64,000 nt of DNA, taken from the NCBI GenBank assembly GCA_026770705.1, contig JANJGN010000002.1, positions 2,294,001 through 2,358,000 of the forward strand, written 5' to 3'. A program made the position numbers and the translations under genes. Positions 12,701 through 22,164 of this stretch are shown piece after piece. Positions within the stretch are counted from its first letter, which is position 1. Each line of letters opens with the position of its first letter. This DNA is from Isurus oxyrinchus. Its lineage: Eukaryota. A model generated the notes under the pieces. It did no database searches. It saw only the letters and a program-made list of their open reading frames with translations, and had not been told where the DNA came from.

Positions 12701-13169
12701 CATAACTCCATTTTATTTGACGGTCAATAGTTTTTTCCCCTCACCCTGATGTTGTTGACCTCACTGAGGGGAGTGATCCCACAGGCAATGTCACCTTCCA
12801 ATAGTTCACTTCAATAACTGTTCCTTATCAGAGAACTCGGGCAATGAGTTTCTAACGACTCCCTGGACATGAAGATTGACAGGGCTGTGCCTGTGTATTG
12901 TCATCCGATGGAGTTTAGGTGTGAGATAACCGGGCTGGGCATCTCAGTGTCATATCTGATGCTGTATTTTCCCACTGAACCATGACAAAGGCCAAACTAT
13001 CGCAAATCTTAAGCAGAAACATCGGACCACAAAGTACACATCACCCACCCATCATCACAAGATCAAACTCAGAAACCAGCCCCACGTTGGGTGACCCAAC
13101 CCTGGGTGTTTACTTACCCACTGTGATACACAGGATCAGCACCAGAGCTGAGTCTGTTGAACAAAACAT
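537..13169 (-). CDS. Unassigned type-I transmembrane IgSF receptor (L-V-V-TM-cyt1-cyt2), predicted about 391 aa; join(13118..13169,8183..8536,2174..2518,1903..2037,1603..1658,537..770)
   Basis: Exons have GT-AG boundaries and compatible phases (1,1,1,1,0) and give one open frame of 1176 nt: signal peptide, two V-set domains, TM, tyrosine-motif tail. The terminal exons are the least certain. Confidence 0.75.
1080..1497 (-). mobile_element. CR1 LINE 3' fragment
   Basis: RRVRGDLIEVYKVLNGLDKVDVERMFPL...SRTSGH C-terminal ORF2 motif plus CR1 3' UTR. Confidence 0.85.
1603..1658 (-). CDS. IgSF receptor cytoplasmic exon 1 (CDNALIPDYANISPFRNTE)
   Basis: cccttcatacag|GT...GAG|gtgagt, 56 nt, phase 1-0, in frame with the TM exon; contains YANI. 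Confidence 0.75.
1903..2037 (-). CDS. IgSF receptor transmembrane exon
   Basis: tgtgttacag|...T|gtaagg, 135 nt. ISNTRMVGELK-VVWISVGAALGALLIVGAVLLFWVC-PARTRKRQS is a hydrophobic helix followed by a basic stop-transfer cluster. Confidence 0.85.
2174..2518 (-). CDS. IgSF receptor V-domain exon 2 (VJ-type)
   Basis: cccttgaag|GT...ACC A|gtaagc, 345 nt, phase 1-1. APVLIQSPSLERVTEGHTAQLQC...VHWY...RDTSNNSFILTITNVQPSDTAVYYC-KVWGDI-SGNGTWLNIT. Confidence 0.92.
2680..4020 (-). mobile_element. L2-like LINE 3' remnant interrupted by a minisatellite
   Basis: Reverse complement of an L2-type 3' end (ttatatttatatagcacctt...gaaggcacagcgacc); ORF 2735..2956 GRCAFSGLGPKLWDS...SFKTLLQT. Confidence 0.65.
3105..3836. 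repeat. 43-bp minisatellite, about 17 near-identical copies
   Basis: Unit GTAGGTCAGAGAGCACAGGGGTGATAGGGCAACGGGACATGCT; period 43 (3105, 3148, ...). Confidence 0.97.
4090..4640 (-). mobile_element. Old CR1 LINE 3' fragment
   Basis: Degenerate ...VVAIRNELCEGAVEANSIITFKRELEKYL. Confidence 0.7.
4655..5105 (+). mobile_element. tRNA-type SINE followed by the 3' tail of its partner LINE family
   Basis: SINE body ends ...gggatgggcaataaa, the same tail as the LINE at 10203-11270. Reverse copies near 43180-43500 and 44660-44980. Confidence 0.6.
5424..6368 (+). mobile_element. CR1 LINE, 5'-truncated (RT C-terminus and 3' UTR)
   Basis: ORF 5428..6216 ADDTKIG...WQMEFNPEKCEVIHFG...LVRPQLEYCVQFWSP...RRLRGNLIEVYK. 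Confidence 0.95.
6465..6855. repeat. G-rich 26-bp minisatellite, about 15 copies
   Basis: Unit GGGAATGGYGAGASYGGGATTGGGAV; explains the overlapping low-complexity ORFs at 6213-7041. Confidence 0.93.
7138..7841. mobile_element. Non-autonomous DNA transposon (PIF/Harbinger-type MITE)
   Basis: TIRs GGGCTGAATTTT / AAAATTCTGCCC; 3-bp TSD AAT at 7135-7137 and 7842-7844; CpG-rich interior. Confidence 0.8.
8183..8536 (-). CDS. IgSF receptor V-domain exon 1 (VJ-type)
   Basis: ttcacag|GT...ACC A|gtaagt, 354 nt, phase 1-1. GPILIQSPEVVKVSEGKTVQLHC...VHWY...YTLTIRDVQLNDTNVYIC-GIWGRI-FGNGTLLNVT shows B-strand Cys, C-strand Trp, F-strand Cys and a J-like FGxG. Confidence 0.9.
10203..11270 (+). mobile_element. 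Non-LTR retrotransposon (second LINE family), 3' part
   Basis: GVPQGSVLSPAIFSCFINDL...FADD RT motifs and tail aatgctggcccagccagcgaagc...gaataaa. Confidence 0.9.
11845..12110. repeat. C-rich low-complexity tract
   Basis: Runs of CCC with A/T spacers and almost no G. Confidence 0.6.
13118..13169 (-). CDS. IgSF receptor leader exon MFCSTDSALVLILCITV(G)
   Basis: ATG at 13169, hydrophobic core, phase-1 donor G|GTAAGT joining in frame to (G)LEA-GPILIQSP. An internal acceptor before 13153 would alternatively allow a split leader. Confidence 0.65.
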
Positions 13170-13391
13170 TTCAAACAAACTTATTTTTCAAAGATTCAGC
13201 ACTTGTTCTTTCACACGCCGTACAACATATTTACAATGAATGTTCCATAAACTACTTAACTTCCCTTTTAGTTGTTGACTTTACCATAAAACAGGGATGG
13301 AATGAGAGCTAATGGACTGTTCACTTGTGAAATAAAGCTAAAAATATAAGTTCACATATCTTGAATAAGCAGCCACATCTTGTCCTGTGTT

Positions 13392-13820
13392 TCCTGTAGC
13401 TCAGTAACTCTCCTAGCTGCCTCCAAGTCAGAATGTCGTAGGTTCAATCCCTATTCCAGAGAATTGTGCAGGCCGATCAACATTCCAGTACAGTACTGAG
13501 AGAGTGCTGCACTGTCAGAGGAGCTATCTTTTGAATCAAGTGCTAAACCGAGGCCCTGCCTGCCCTTTCAGGTGGATGTTAAAGATCCTATAAGCACTAT
13601 TGTGAAGGGGTGTCTGCCCTGACCAATATTTATCCATCAGTCAACGTTAATTAAACAGGTGTCCTGGCCATTATCATGGCTACTTGTGGGATCTTGCTGT
13701 GTATAAATTAGCTATGGCATTTCCTCTATTACAACTGTGACTACACCTCCGTGTCTATAAAATGTTTCGGAATGTCCTAAGATTGTAAAAGATGCTATAG
13801 AAATGCAAGTCTTTCTTTCT
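13392..13820 (+). mobile_element. DeuSINE (SacSINE1/AmnSINE1-like)
   Basis: tRNA-like head (ggttcaatccc), core cagtactgagagagtgctgcactgtcagagg...caggtggatgttaaagatcc...ccaatatttatcc, L2-type tail ctatagaaatgcaagtctttcttt. Confidence 0.75.
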
Positions 13821-14149
13821 AGTTTCTCTCCAACCTGCTGGGCTGGACACTCTCAGTCATTCACCAGCTTAGCCTAAAATCCATCCTTCCCATCGGAGAT
13901 CGGTACGAAGGCTTAGAAATCAGTCCACACATGGCCTGCTTATCAATACCACCCACCCTACTCAAGTGGAGTATAAACACCAGCACGGTCTGTTTGGGCT
14001 GAATGGCCTGTTTTTGTTCTGTATCGGATGTATAACTATGGTCAGTGTAATTCAGGTGTGTAGGCTGTACATCCCAACAACTGGCAGATCGTATCAAACA
14101 GCGAGTCCCTTCGGCTGTTCACAACAGACAAAGGACTGACTGTACCCAA

Positions 14150-14796
14150 CCAGCCTGCGCTTGTAAAGCTCAAAGCCGAGGGCAATGATGTCAGATGTCT
14201 CTCCCAGGTCCACGCTCTCTCGCGCCTGTTGTGCGCCAGCTTGGCCTGTGTGAAGAAGGAAGAAAGGCGTGTGTGAAAAGGGATGGAGCAGAGGTTGGGT
14301 GAGACGCGTGTACCCTGTGTGTAGTGAGCCCTCCCCAGAAGGGTCAGAGGATGGAGTGTGAGCAACATGATCGATAGGATGGTGGTGAAGTGAAAGTCAC
14401 GGTGAGAGAATGAGTGTTGACCTGTGTCCCTGGCTAATTGTTGTGTGAGACCCCTGAGGAGAGTAGCCATTTGAGTGCATGATGCCATGATGAGAGTTTG
14501 ATATTGGAGCGAGTTGAAGGATGACTTACCCTGTCGGAGCGGATGAGATCACTCATCCTCTTCCTGCACTGGATAGCCTTTCTGGACATGGTGGCCAGCT
14601 GCACTCTGACCTGCTCTGAGACAGCCTCTCAGGCCAGAGAGGTGAGGCTGCTGCACTGGTGGGAGCCATCCCTGGGATACAGGACATGCCTGTGCACCTG
14701 CACCCCTCTGATCAAGGCCAGGAGGGCCCAGTGGGTGAAACGGGCTGTTGCCTTCTTCCTGAGGATTACAGCCTTCAGCTTGTGAGTGGAAGACAT
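14150..14796 (-). pseudogene. Decayed two-exon Myb/SANT-like gene of a PIF/Harbinger transposon
   Basis: 14796-14530 reads MSSTHKLKAVILRKKATARFTHWALLALIRGVQVHRHVLYPRDG...LA*EAVSEQV...RKAIQCRKRMSDLIRSDR|gtaagt; an acceptor at 14245 resumes AKLAHNRRER. The conserved Trp is a TGA stop. Confidence 0.7.
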
Positions 14797-15159
14797 CTAG
14801 AACTGGGCTGGAGAGAATGAGATTGTGTGTTTGTCTAGCGTTTAAATGTGGCACCCTGACCTTTGACCCCGCCAGCTGACAGCAGACAGACGAATCAGCT
14901 CCAACCCGCCAGGTGATTTGGCCCAATACACGTATATGCATAATTAATGAGCTTCCAGGCGTGGAATCAGCTGAGACATCCTATCATTCCGAGAGTGGGG
15001 TGAGCTGTACATGAGCTGCCCATCACCGCACTTAGTCTCACAAATAAACTCTGCCCATGGTGTCCAACATCAGATGTGATTCTACAATTGGACATAACTT
15101 GCCAAACAATCCCGGTTATTTTAAGAATTACACTGATTATCTTGATCATCTTAAGAATT

Positions 15160-15585
15160 ACGCTGAAAACCAATTTACGATTGTGGGTCAGGTTCACAGC
15201 TGAGGCTCACTTACACATGCTAGAAGCTGCCTACATTCACACACAGGGTCCTGTCTTTTGCAAACAGAAGGAACATGTCCACACATTGCACCTTTATCAA
15301 CCAAACAATAGCTGGGGTGGGGACAGCCATTCTCTGGTTCATTCCTCATGGCAATGCCATGAACATTCACAGTCGACCTGCCTGGTTTGAATTTAAACAA
15401 AAGCTTGGCAGTTAACTGTTCCCTGGTGCATTCTCCATGGCAATGTCTCTACTAATCAGAATCCAATTGCCAACCAATCAGCAGCCTCTTCTAATGCAGT
15501 ATAAATTCTTGTTGCCTTCGAGATTTGGGATTCTTGTGAATCTGTCCTGATGACTGCAAGAGGAAACACCTCAACAACATGTGAT
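15160..15585 (+). mobile_element. Penelope-like element family B, 3' end with hammerhead motif
   Basis: HMLEAAYIHTQGPVFCKQKEHVHTL (GIY-YIG C-terminus, shared with 49023..49277) and ctgatga...gaaa at 15544-15575. Confidence 0.8.
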
Positions 15586-15741
15586 TACTGTATTGCTGCT
15601 GTTATTGTCCACTCACTGTCAGAGCTGTGTTGATGAGTTAGCCATGAGCTTCACTCCAGATCCTCAGGATTTTTGCTACACCAAACACGGCCTCTACCAC
15701 CTAGAAGGACAAGAGCACCAGATGCATGGGAGCACCACAGC

Positions 15742-16714
15742 ATAGTGTCCTAAGCCCAACCATCTTCAGCTGCTTCATCAATGACCTTCCTTCCATCATA
15801 AGGTCAGAAGTGGGGATGTTCGCTGATGATTGCACAATGTTCAGCACCATTCACGACTCCTTAGATACTGAAGCAGTCCATGTCCAAATGCAGCAAGACC
15901 TGGACAATATCCACGCTTGGGCTGACAAGTGGCAAGTAACATTCACACCACAGAAGTGCCAGGCAATGACCATCTCCAGCAAGAGAGAATCTATCCATCG
16001 CCCCTTGACATTCAATGGCATTATCATCACTGAATCCTTCACTGTCAATATACTGGGGGTTACTATTGACCAGAAACTGAACTGGACTAGCCATATAAAT
16101 ACTGTGGCTACAAGAGCAGGTCAGAGGCTGGGAATTCTGCACACAGTAACTCATCTCCTGACTCCCCAAAGCCTGTCCACAAGGCATAGGTCAGGGCTGT
16201 GATGGAATACACCCCACTTGCCTGGATGAGTGCAGCTCCAACAACACTCAAGAAGCTTGACACCATCCAGGATGAAGCAGCCCACTTGATTGGCACCCCA
16301 TCCACCATCTTCAACATTCACTCCCTCCACCACCACCACACAGTAGCAGCAGTGTGCACCATCTACAAGATGCACTGCAAGAACTTGCCAAGGCTCCTTA
16401 GACAGCACCTTCCAAACCCATGACCACTACCATCTAGAAGGACAAGGACAGCAGATAGATAGGAACACCACCACCTGGAAGTTCCCCTCCAAGTCACTCA
16501 CCATCCTGACTTGGAAATATATCGGCCGTCCCTTCACTGTCGCTGGGTCAAAATCCTGGAACTCCCTCCCTAACAGCACTGTGGGTGTACCTACACCACA
16601 TGGACTGCAGCGGGTCTAGAAGGCAGCTCACCACCACCTTCTCAAGGCAACTAGGGATGGACAATAAATGCTGGCCCAGCCAGCGAAGCCCACATCCTGT
16701 GAATGAATAAAAAA
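15742..16714 (+). mobile_element. Second LINE family, 3' part
   Basis: SVLSPTIFSCFINDL...MFADDCT...WQVTFTPQKC; same 3' tail as 10203-11270. Confidence 0.9.
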
Positions 16715-17412
16715 TAACTCAGAGTTATAACATGGCGGTGGGCCAGATGCAGGGCTGAGAGTGATAAGCCTCCTATCCCTGCGGGCGTTGTGCCCGTGTT
16801 CAGTAACAAGAAAGTCAACTCTGAACTGATGTGCATTTGAAACTGCTTCTACTAAGCAATTGTCCTTGTACTTCCCTCTGCTTTTGAATTTAGACACAAA
16901 TAAAAATGCATGTCCGAAGGTTTTGTCACTTAATAAGATTTCAAATTCTCCTCTTTTTGTGATTTCCCTGTTAGAACCTTAATAGTTGCTGTCAATGATA
17001 TAAAATTAAACAAGTTTCTGGAAAACAGCTGTCAGTCTAAAGATAGCAGTTTTAATATCTGTTTCCTGGTGTTCCTGCTCAATGGATTCCCACACTGTTC
17101 AGATATAGACATTCGTGCCATTGAACTATTGACCTCTGTCTGTCAGAGTGCAGTGGTTACTGGTCACAACTCTGGAACTGAAACTGCAGAGAGAAATACG
17201 TTGGGGCTGGAGTTCCCAGCCCTGCCTGGCAATGTTATTAGGCGGAGGGTGGTGGGGGCTGGGGAGGGAGTGGTTGCCCGTGTGAAATATGATGGCAGCC
17301 AAGCCCACTGCCTTCCCACCCCCAGTCCTCATAAAGCGGTAGGTGGGCAAGTGCTAAAGTTGGCAGAACATCCACCATTTTTTAAAAATTCATGAATGGG
17401 CAATTGAGCTTA

Positions 17413-18395
17413 TTTTTATTTGTTCACAGGATGTGAGCTTCACTGGCTGGGCCATCATTTATTGCCCATCCCTAGTTGCCCTTGAGAAGGTGGTGGTGAG
17501 CTGCCTTCTTGAGCCGCTGCAGTCCATGTGGTGTAGGTACACCCACAGTGCTGTTAGGGAGGGAGTTCCAGGATTTTGACCCAGAGACAGTGAAGGAACG
17601 GTGATATATTTCCAAGTCAGGATGGTGAGTGACTTGGAGGGGAACTTCCAGGTGGTGGTGTTCCCATCTATCTGCTGCCCTTGTCCTTCTACGTGGCAGA
17701 GGTTGTGGATTTGGAAGGTGCTGTCGAAGGAGCCTTGGTGAATTCCTGCAGTGCATCTTGTGGATGGTACACACTGCTGCTACTGTGGAGAGAGTGAATG
17801 TTGGTCAGGGTGGATGATGTGTCAGATCTGTGTGAAATCTATCCCATTTAGCAGGGTGGTAGTGCCACACAACATGATGGAGGGAATCCTCAATGTGAAG
17901 GCGGGACTTCGTCTCCACAATGACTGTGCGGTTGTCACTCCTACCAGTACTGTCATGGACAGATGCATCTGCGAAGGCAGGTTGATGAGGATGAGGCCAA
18001 GTGTTCCCTCACCACCTGCCGTAGACCCAGTCTGGCAGCTGTGTCCTTTAGGACTCGGCCAGCTCGGTCAGTAATGGTACTACTGAGCCACTCTTGGTGT
18101 TGGACATTGCAGACATTTCCACCCTCAGTACTTCCTCCAAGCAGTATTCAACATGGAGGAGGTACTGATTCATCAGCTGAGGGAGGGCGGTACGTGGTAA
18201 TCAGCAGGAGGTTTCCTTGCCCATGTTTGACCTGATGCCATGAGACTTCATGGGGTCCAGGGTCTATGTTGCGAATTCCCAGGGCAACTCCCTCTCGGCT
18301 GTATACCACTGTGCCTCCACCTCTGCTGGGTCTGTCCTGCTGGTCAGACAGGACATACCCAGGGATAGTGAGGATGGTGTCTGGGACATGGTCAT
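17413..18395 (-). mobile_element. Second LINE family, rearranged fragments
   Basis: Reverse complement of the family 3' tail and internal pieces. Confidence 0.8.
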
Positions 18396-18444
18396 ATTCA
18401 TGGAAACATACCTTACAGACAAATCAGGCTGTTGCTTGACTGTC

Positions 18445-18740
18445 GCTCAAACACAGATTGGGTGGCCGCTTTGCAGAACACCTTCGGTCTGTCCGCAAGC
18501 ATTACCCAGACCTCCCTGTCACTTGCCATTTCAACACTCCACCCTGCTCTCTTGCCCACATGTCTGTCCTTGGCTTGCTGCATTGTTCCAGTGAAGCCCA
18601 ACGCAAACTGGAGGAACAACACCTCATCTTCCGACTAGGCACTTTATAGCCTTCCGGACTGAGTATTGAGTTCAACAGCATCAGATCATGAACTCTCTCT
18701 TCCATCCTCACCCCTTTTGATCCCCTTTTTTCTAATAATT
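18445..18740 (+). mobile_element. Penelope-like element family A, GIY-YIG 3' fragment
   Basis: RFAEHLRSVRKHYPDLPVTCHFN...RKLEEQHLIFRLGTL; near-identical to 54640-54960. Confidence 0.8.
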
Positions 18741-18768
18741 ATTAGATTTAAGCTAAATAATTTTTATA

Positions 18769-21700
18769 TATAGAACCATAGAAAAGTTACAGCACAGAAG
18801 GAGGCCATTCAGCCCATCTTGTCCATGCCAGCCCGAGGACACCCAGGTGCTTTTTCTAATCCCACCTTCCTGCACCCGGCCCATAGCCCTGCACTTTAGG
18901 TGCAGATCCAGGTACTTTTTAAAAGAGTTTAGAGTTTCTGCCTCTACCACCAACTTGGGCAGCGAATTCCAGACACCCACTACCCTCTGTGTAAAAAAGT
19001 TCTTCCTCATGTCCCCCCTACACCTTCTGCCACTTATCTTGAATCTCTGTCCCCTGGTTCTAGAATTCTCCACCAAGGGAAACAATTTGATCCTGTCCAC
19101 TCTATATATTCCCCTCATAATTTTGTCCACCTCAATCAAGTCACCTCTCAGCCTTCTTTGTTCTAAGGAAAATAACCCCAACCTATCCAATCTCTCCTCG
19201 TAGCTACACTTTTCTAACCCTGGCAACATTCTTGTAAACCTCCTCTGCACTCTCTCCAGAGCTATTACGTCCTTCCTGTAATGTGGTGACCAGAACTGCA
19301 CACAAGACTCCAGTTGTGGCCTCACCAGTGTTTTATACAATTCCAACATTATATCCTTACTTTTATATTCTATACCTCTGCCAATGAAGGAGAGCATTCC
19401 ATATGCCTTCTTAACAACCTTGTCTACTTGAACTGCTGCCTTCAGGGACCTGTGTACTTGTACGCCAAGATCTCTCACTTCATCTACCCCTCTTAGTATA
19501 TTCCCATTTATTGTGTAATCCCTGTAACTGTTTGACCTCCCTAAATGTATGACCTCACACTTCTCTATGTTAAAATCCATCTGCCACTTTACCGCCCACT
19601 CCACCAACCCATCTATGTCATTTTGGAGATTATGGCTATCCTCTACACTATCCACTACTCGGCCAATCTTTGTGTCATCTGCAAATTTCCCAATCGTGCA
19701 TCCCCCCCCCCCCCCCCCCACCCCCGTTCACGTCCAAATCATTAATATATAACACAAACAGCAAGGGTCCCAACACCAAGCCCTGTGGAACACCACTTGA
19801 GACAACTTTCCATTCACAAGGGCATCCATCGACCATTACCCTTTGTTTCCTGTTACAAAGCCAACCTTTTATCCAGTTTGCCACATGACCCTGAATCCCA
19901 TGGGCTTTTACTTTCCTGACCAATCTGCCATGTGGGACCTTGTCAGATGCCTTGCTAAAATCCATGTACACAACATCCACTGCACTACCTTCATCAACCC
20001 TTCTTGTCACCTCCTCAAAGAATTCAATCAAATTTGTGAGGCAAGACCCTCCTTTAACAAATCCATGCTGACCATCCGTGACTAGTCCATGCCTTTCCAC
20101 ATGACAGTTAATCCTATCTCTCAGGATTGATTCTACTAATTTTCTCACCACCAATATAAGACTAACTGGCCTATAATTGTTTGGCATTTCCTTTGATCCC
20201 TTTTTAAACAATGGAACTACATTTGCATTTCTCCAGTCCTCCGGTACCTCCCCTGTATCTAGTGAAGATTGGAAAATCATCCTCAGAGCATCTGCTGTCT
20301 CCTCCCTGACTTCCTTCAGCAGCCTCGCAAACAATCCATCTGGCCCTGGCGACTTATCGACTTTCAAGGATTTCAAACCCTGCGAGTACTACCTCTCTCT
20401 TTATGACCATCCCGTCCGATATCTCGCAGTGTTCCTCCTGGACTATTATATCTACATTCTCCCTTTCCTTTGTAAACATGGAGACAAAATATTCATTCAA
20501 AACCCTTCCCACAGTCTCTGCATCTACACACAAGTTTCCATCTTCATCTCTGATAGGTCCCACTTTTTCCTTAACTAACCCTTTAGCATTAATGTATTGG
20601 TAAAACATCTTTGGGTTATCTTTAACTTTACTTGCTAATCTTTTTTCATGCCCTCTCTTTGATTTCCTTATTTCCTTTTTTACTTCCTCCCTGCACTTCC
20701 TATATTTGTCTGGGCTATCTGCAGTGCTTAGTTCTTTGTGCCTATTGAACGCTTTCTTTTTCTGTTTGATCTTCCCCCGTATTCCTCTAGACAATCAGGG
20801 GGGTCTAGATTTGGCAGCACCACTCTTATTTTTGTAGGGGACATGTCTACTTTGTACAATTAGGATCTCGCTTTTTAGTACTTCCCACTGGTTTCCCACT
20901 GTTTTATCCTCCAGCAGTGCTGTCCAGTCCACCTCAGCCAAGTCCCTTCTCATTTCTGCAAAATTTGCCTTCCCCCAGTTCAAGACTTTTACTCCTGCCT
21001 TATCTCTGTCCTTTTCCATGGTGATGCTAAATCTAACTGAATTGTGATCACTGTCCCTGATATGATCACCAACTGTCACTTCACCCACTTGCCCTCTTCG
21101 TTCCCCAAGACTAGGTCTAGAATTGCATCTCCTCTCATTGGGTTTGTCATTAATTGGTTGGAAAAATTTTCCTGGACACACTGCATGAATTTTTCTCCGT
21201 CAGTGCCCCTTATATTGTTTGAATCCCAGTTGATATTAGGATAGTTGAAGCCTCCAACTATTATTGCCCTCTTGTTCTTACAAGCAGAAATTTGCCTACA
21301 TATTTGTTCTTCTATCTCCCTTTCACTATTTGGGGGTCTGTAGTGTACTCCCATTAGTGCGACTGCTCCTTTTTTATTTCTAAGCTCAATCTATAAAGCC
21401 TCATTTGTTGGACCCATTTAGTATATCATCCCTTCTCACAACTGGAATTGATTCTTTAACCATTAGTGCTACCCTCCCTCCTTTTTTATCTCCTACTCTA
21501 TCCTGTCTGAAGACTCTATAACTAGGGATATTTAGCTGCCAGTTTTGTCCCTCCTTTAGCCAGGTCTCCGTTATAGCAATGACATCCTGCTGCCATGTGT
21601 CTGCCTGTGCCCTTAACTCATCTACCTTGTTTGTAATACTCCTTGCATTGAAATATAAACAGTTTAACCCCGTCAATTTCCCTTGCTGGACACTTTGTAA

Positions 21701-22160
21701 ACTTTGCTTCTCCTGTAACTCCATGTCAATCACAACGTCCCTAGCTAATGTCCTATCTCCATTTTTCTGATCTGAATCTGACCTATCTGATCCTACTTCT
21801 GGGATCCCATCTCCCTGCCACACTAGTTTAAATACTCCCCAACAGAACCAGCAAAAGATCCCACAAGGACACTGGTCCCAACTCTGCCTGAGTGCAGCCC
21901 ATCCAGTTTGTACAGGTCCTACCTTCCCCAGAACCAGTCCCAGTGCCTCAAGAATCTGAACCCCTCCTGGCTACACCATCTCTCCAGCCGTGTGTTCATT
22001 TGGTTTATTCTCTTATTCCTGCTCTCGCTAGTAGGTGGAACTGGGAGTAATCCTGAGATTACTACATTTGAGGTCCTGCATTTTAATTTATCTCCTAACT
22101 CCCTGTACTGAGCTTGCAGGTCCTCAGCCCTTAGTTTACCTATGTTGTTGGTACCAATGT
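18769..22160 (-). mobile_element. Long CR1 LINE (ORF1 SGNH-esterase end, APE endonuclease, RT, 3' UTR), frameshifted
   Basis: ORF1 HIGTNNIG...VVISGLLPV...DGLH; ORF2 CLYFNARSI...AITETWL, KSPGPDG, NYRPVSL, GVPQG, FADDTK. A poly-C tract near 19702-19724 shifts the frame. Confidence 0.95.
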
Positions 22161-22164
22161 GTTG

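Noticed and set aside
13392-13465. tRNA gene
   Set aside because: Only a degenerate tRNA-derived SINE head; no complete cloverleaf.
18753-21823. RT/endonuclease ORFs as host genes or an active element
   Set aside because: CR1 ORF2 pieces are broken by frameshifts, stops and deletions; the same applies to 5428..6216 and the other RT-like ORFs.
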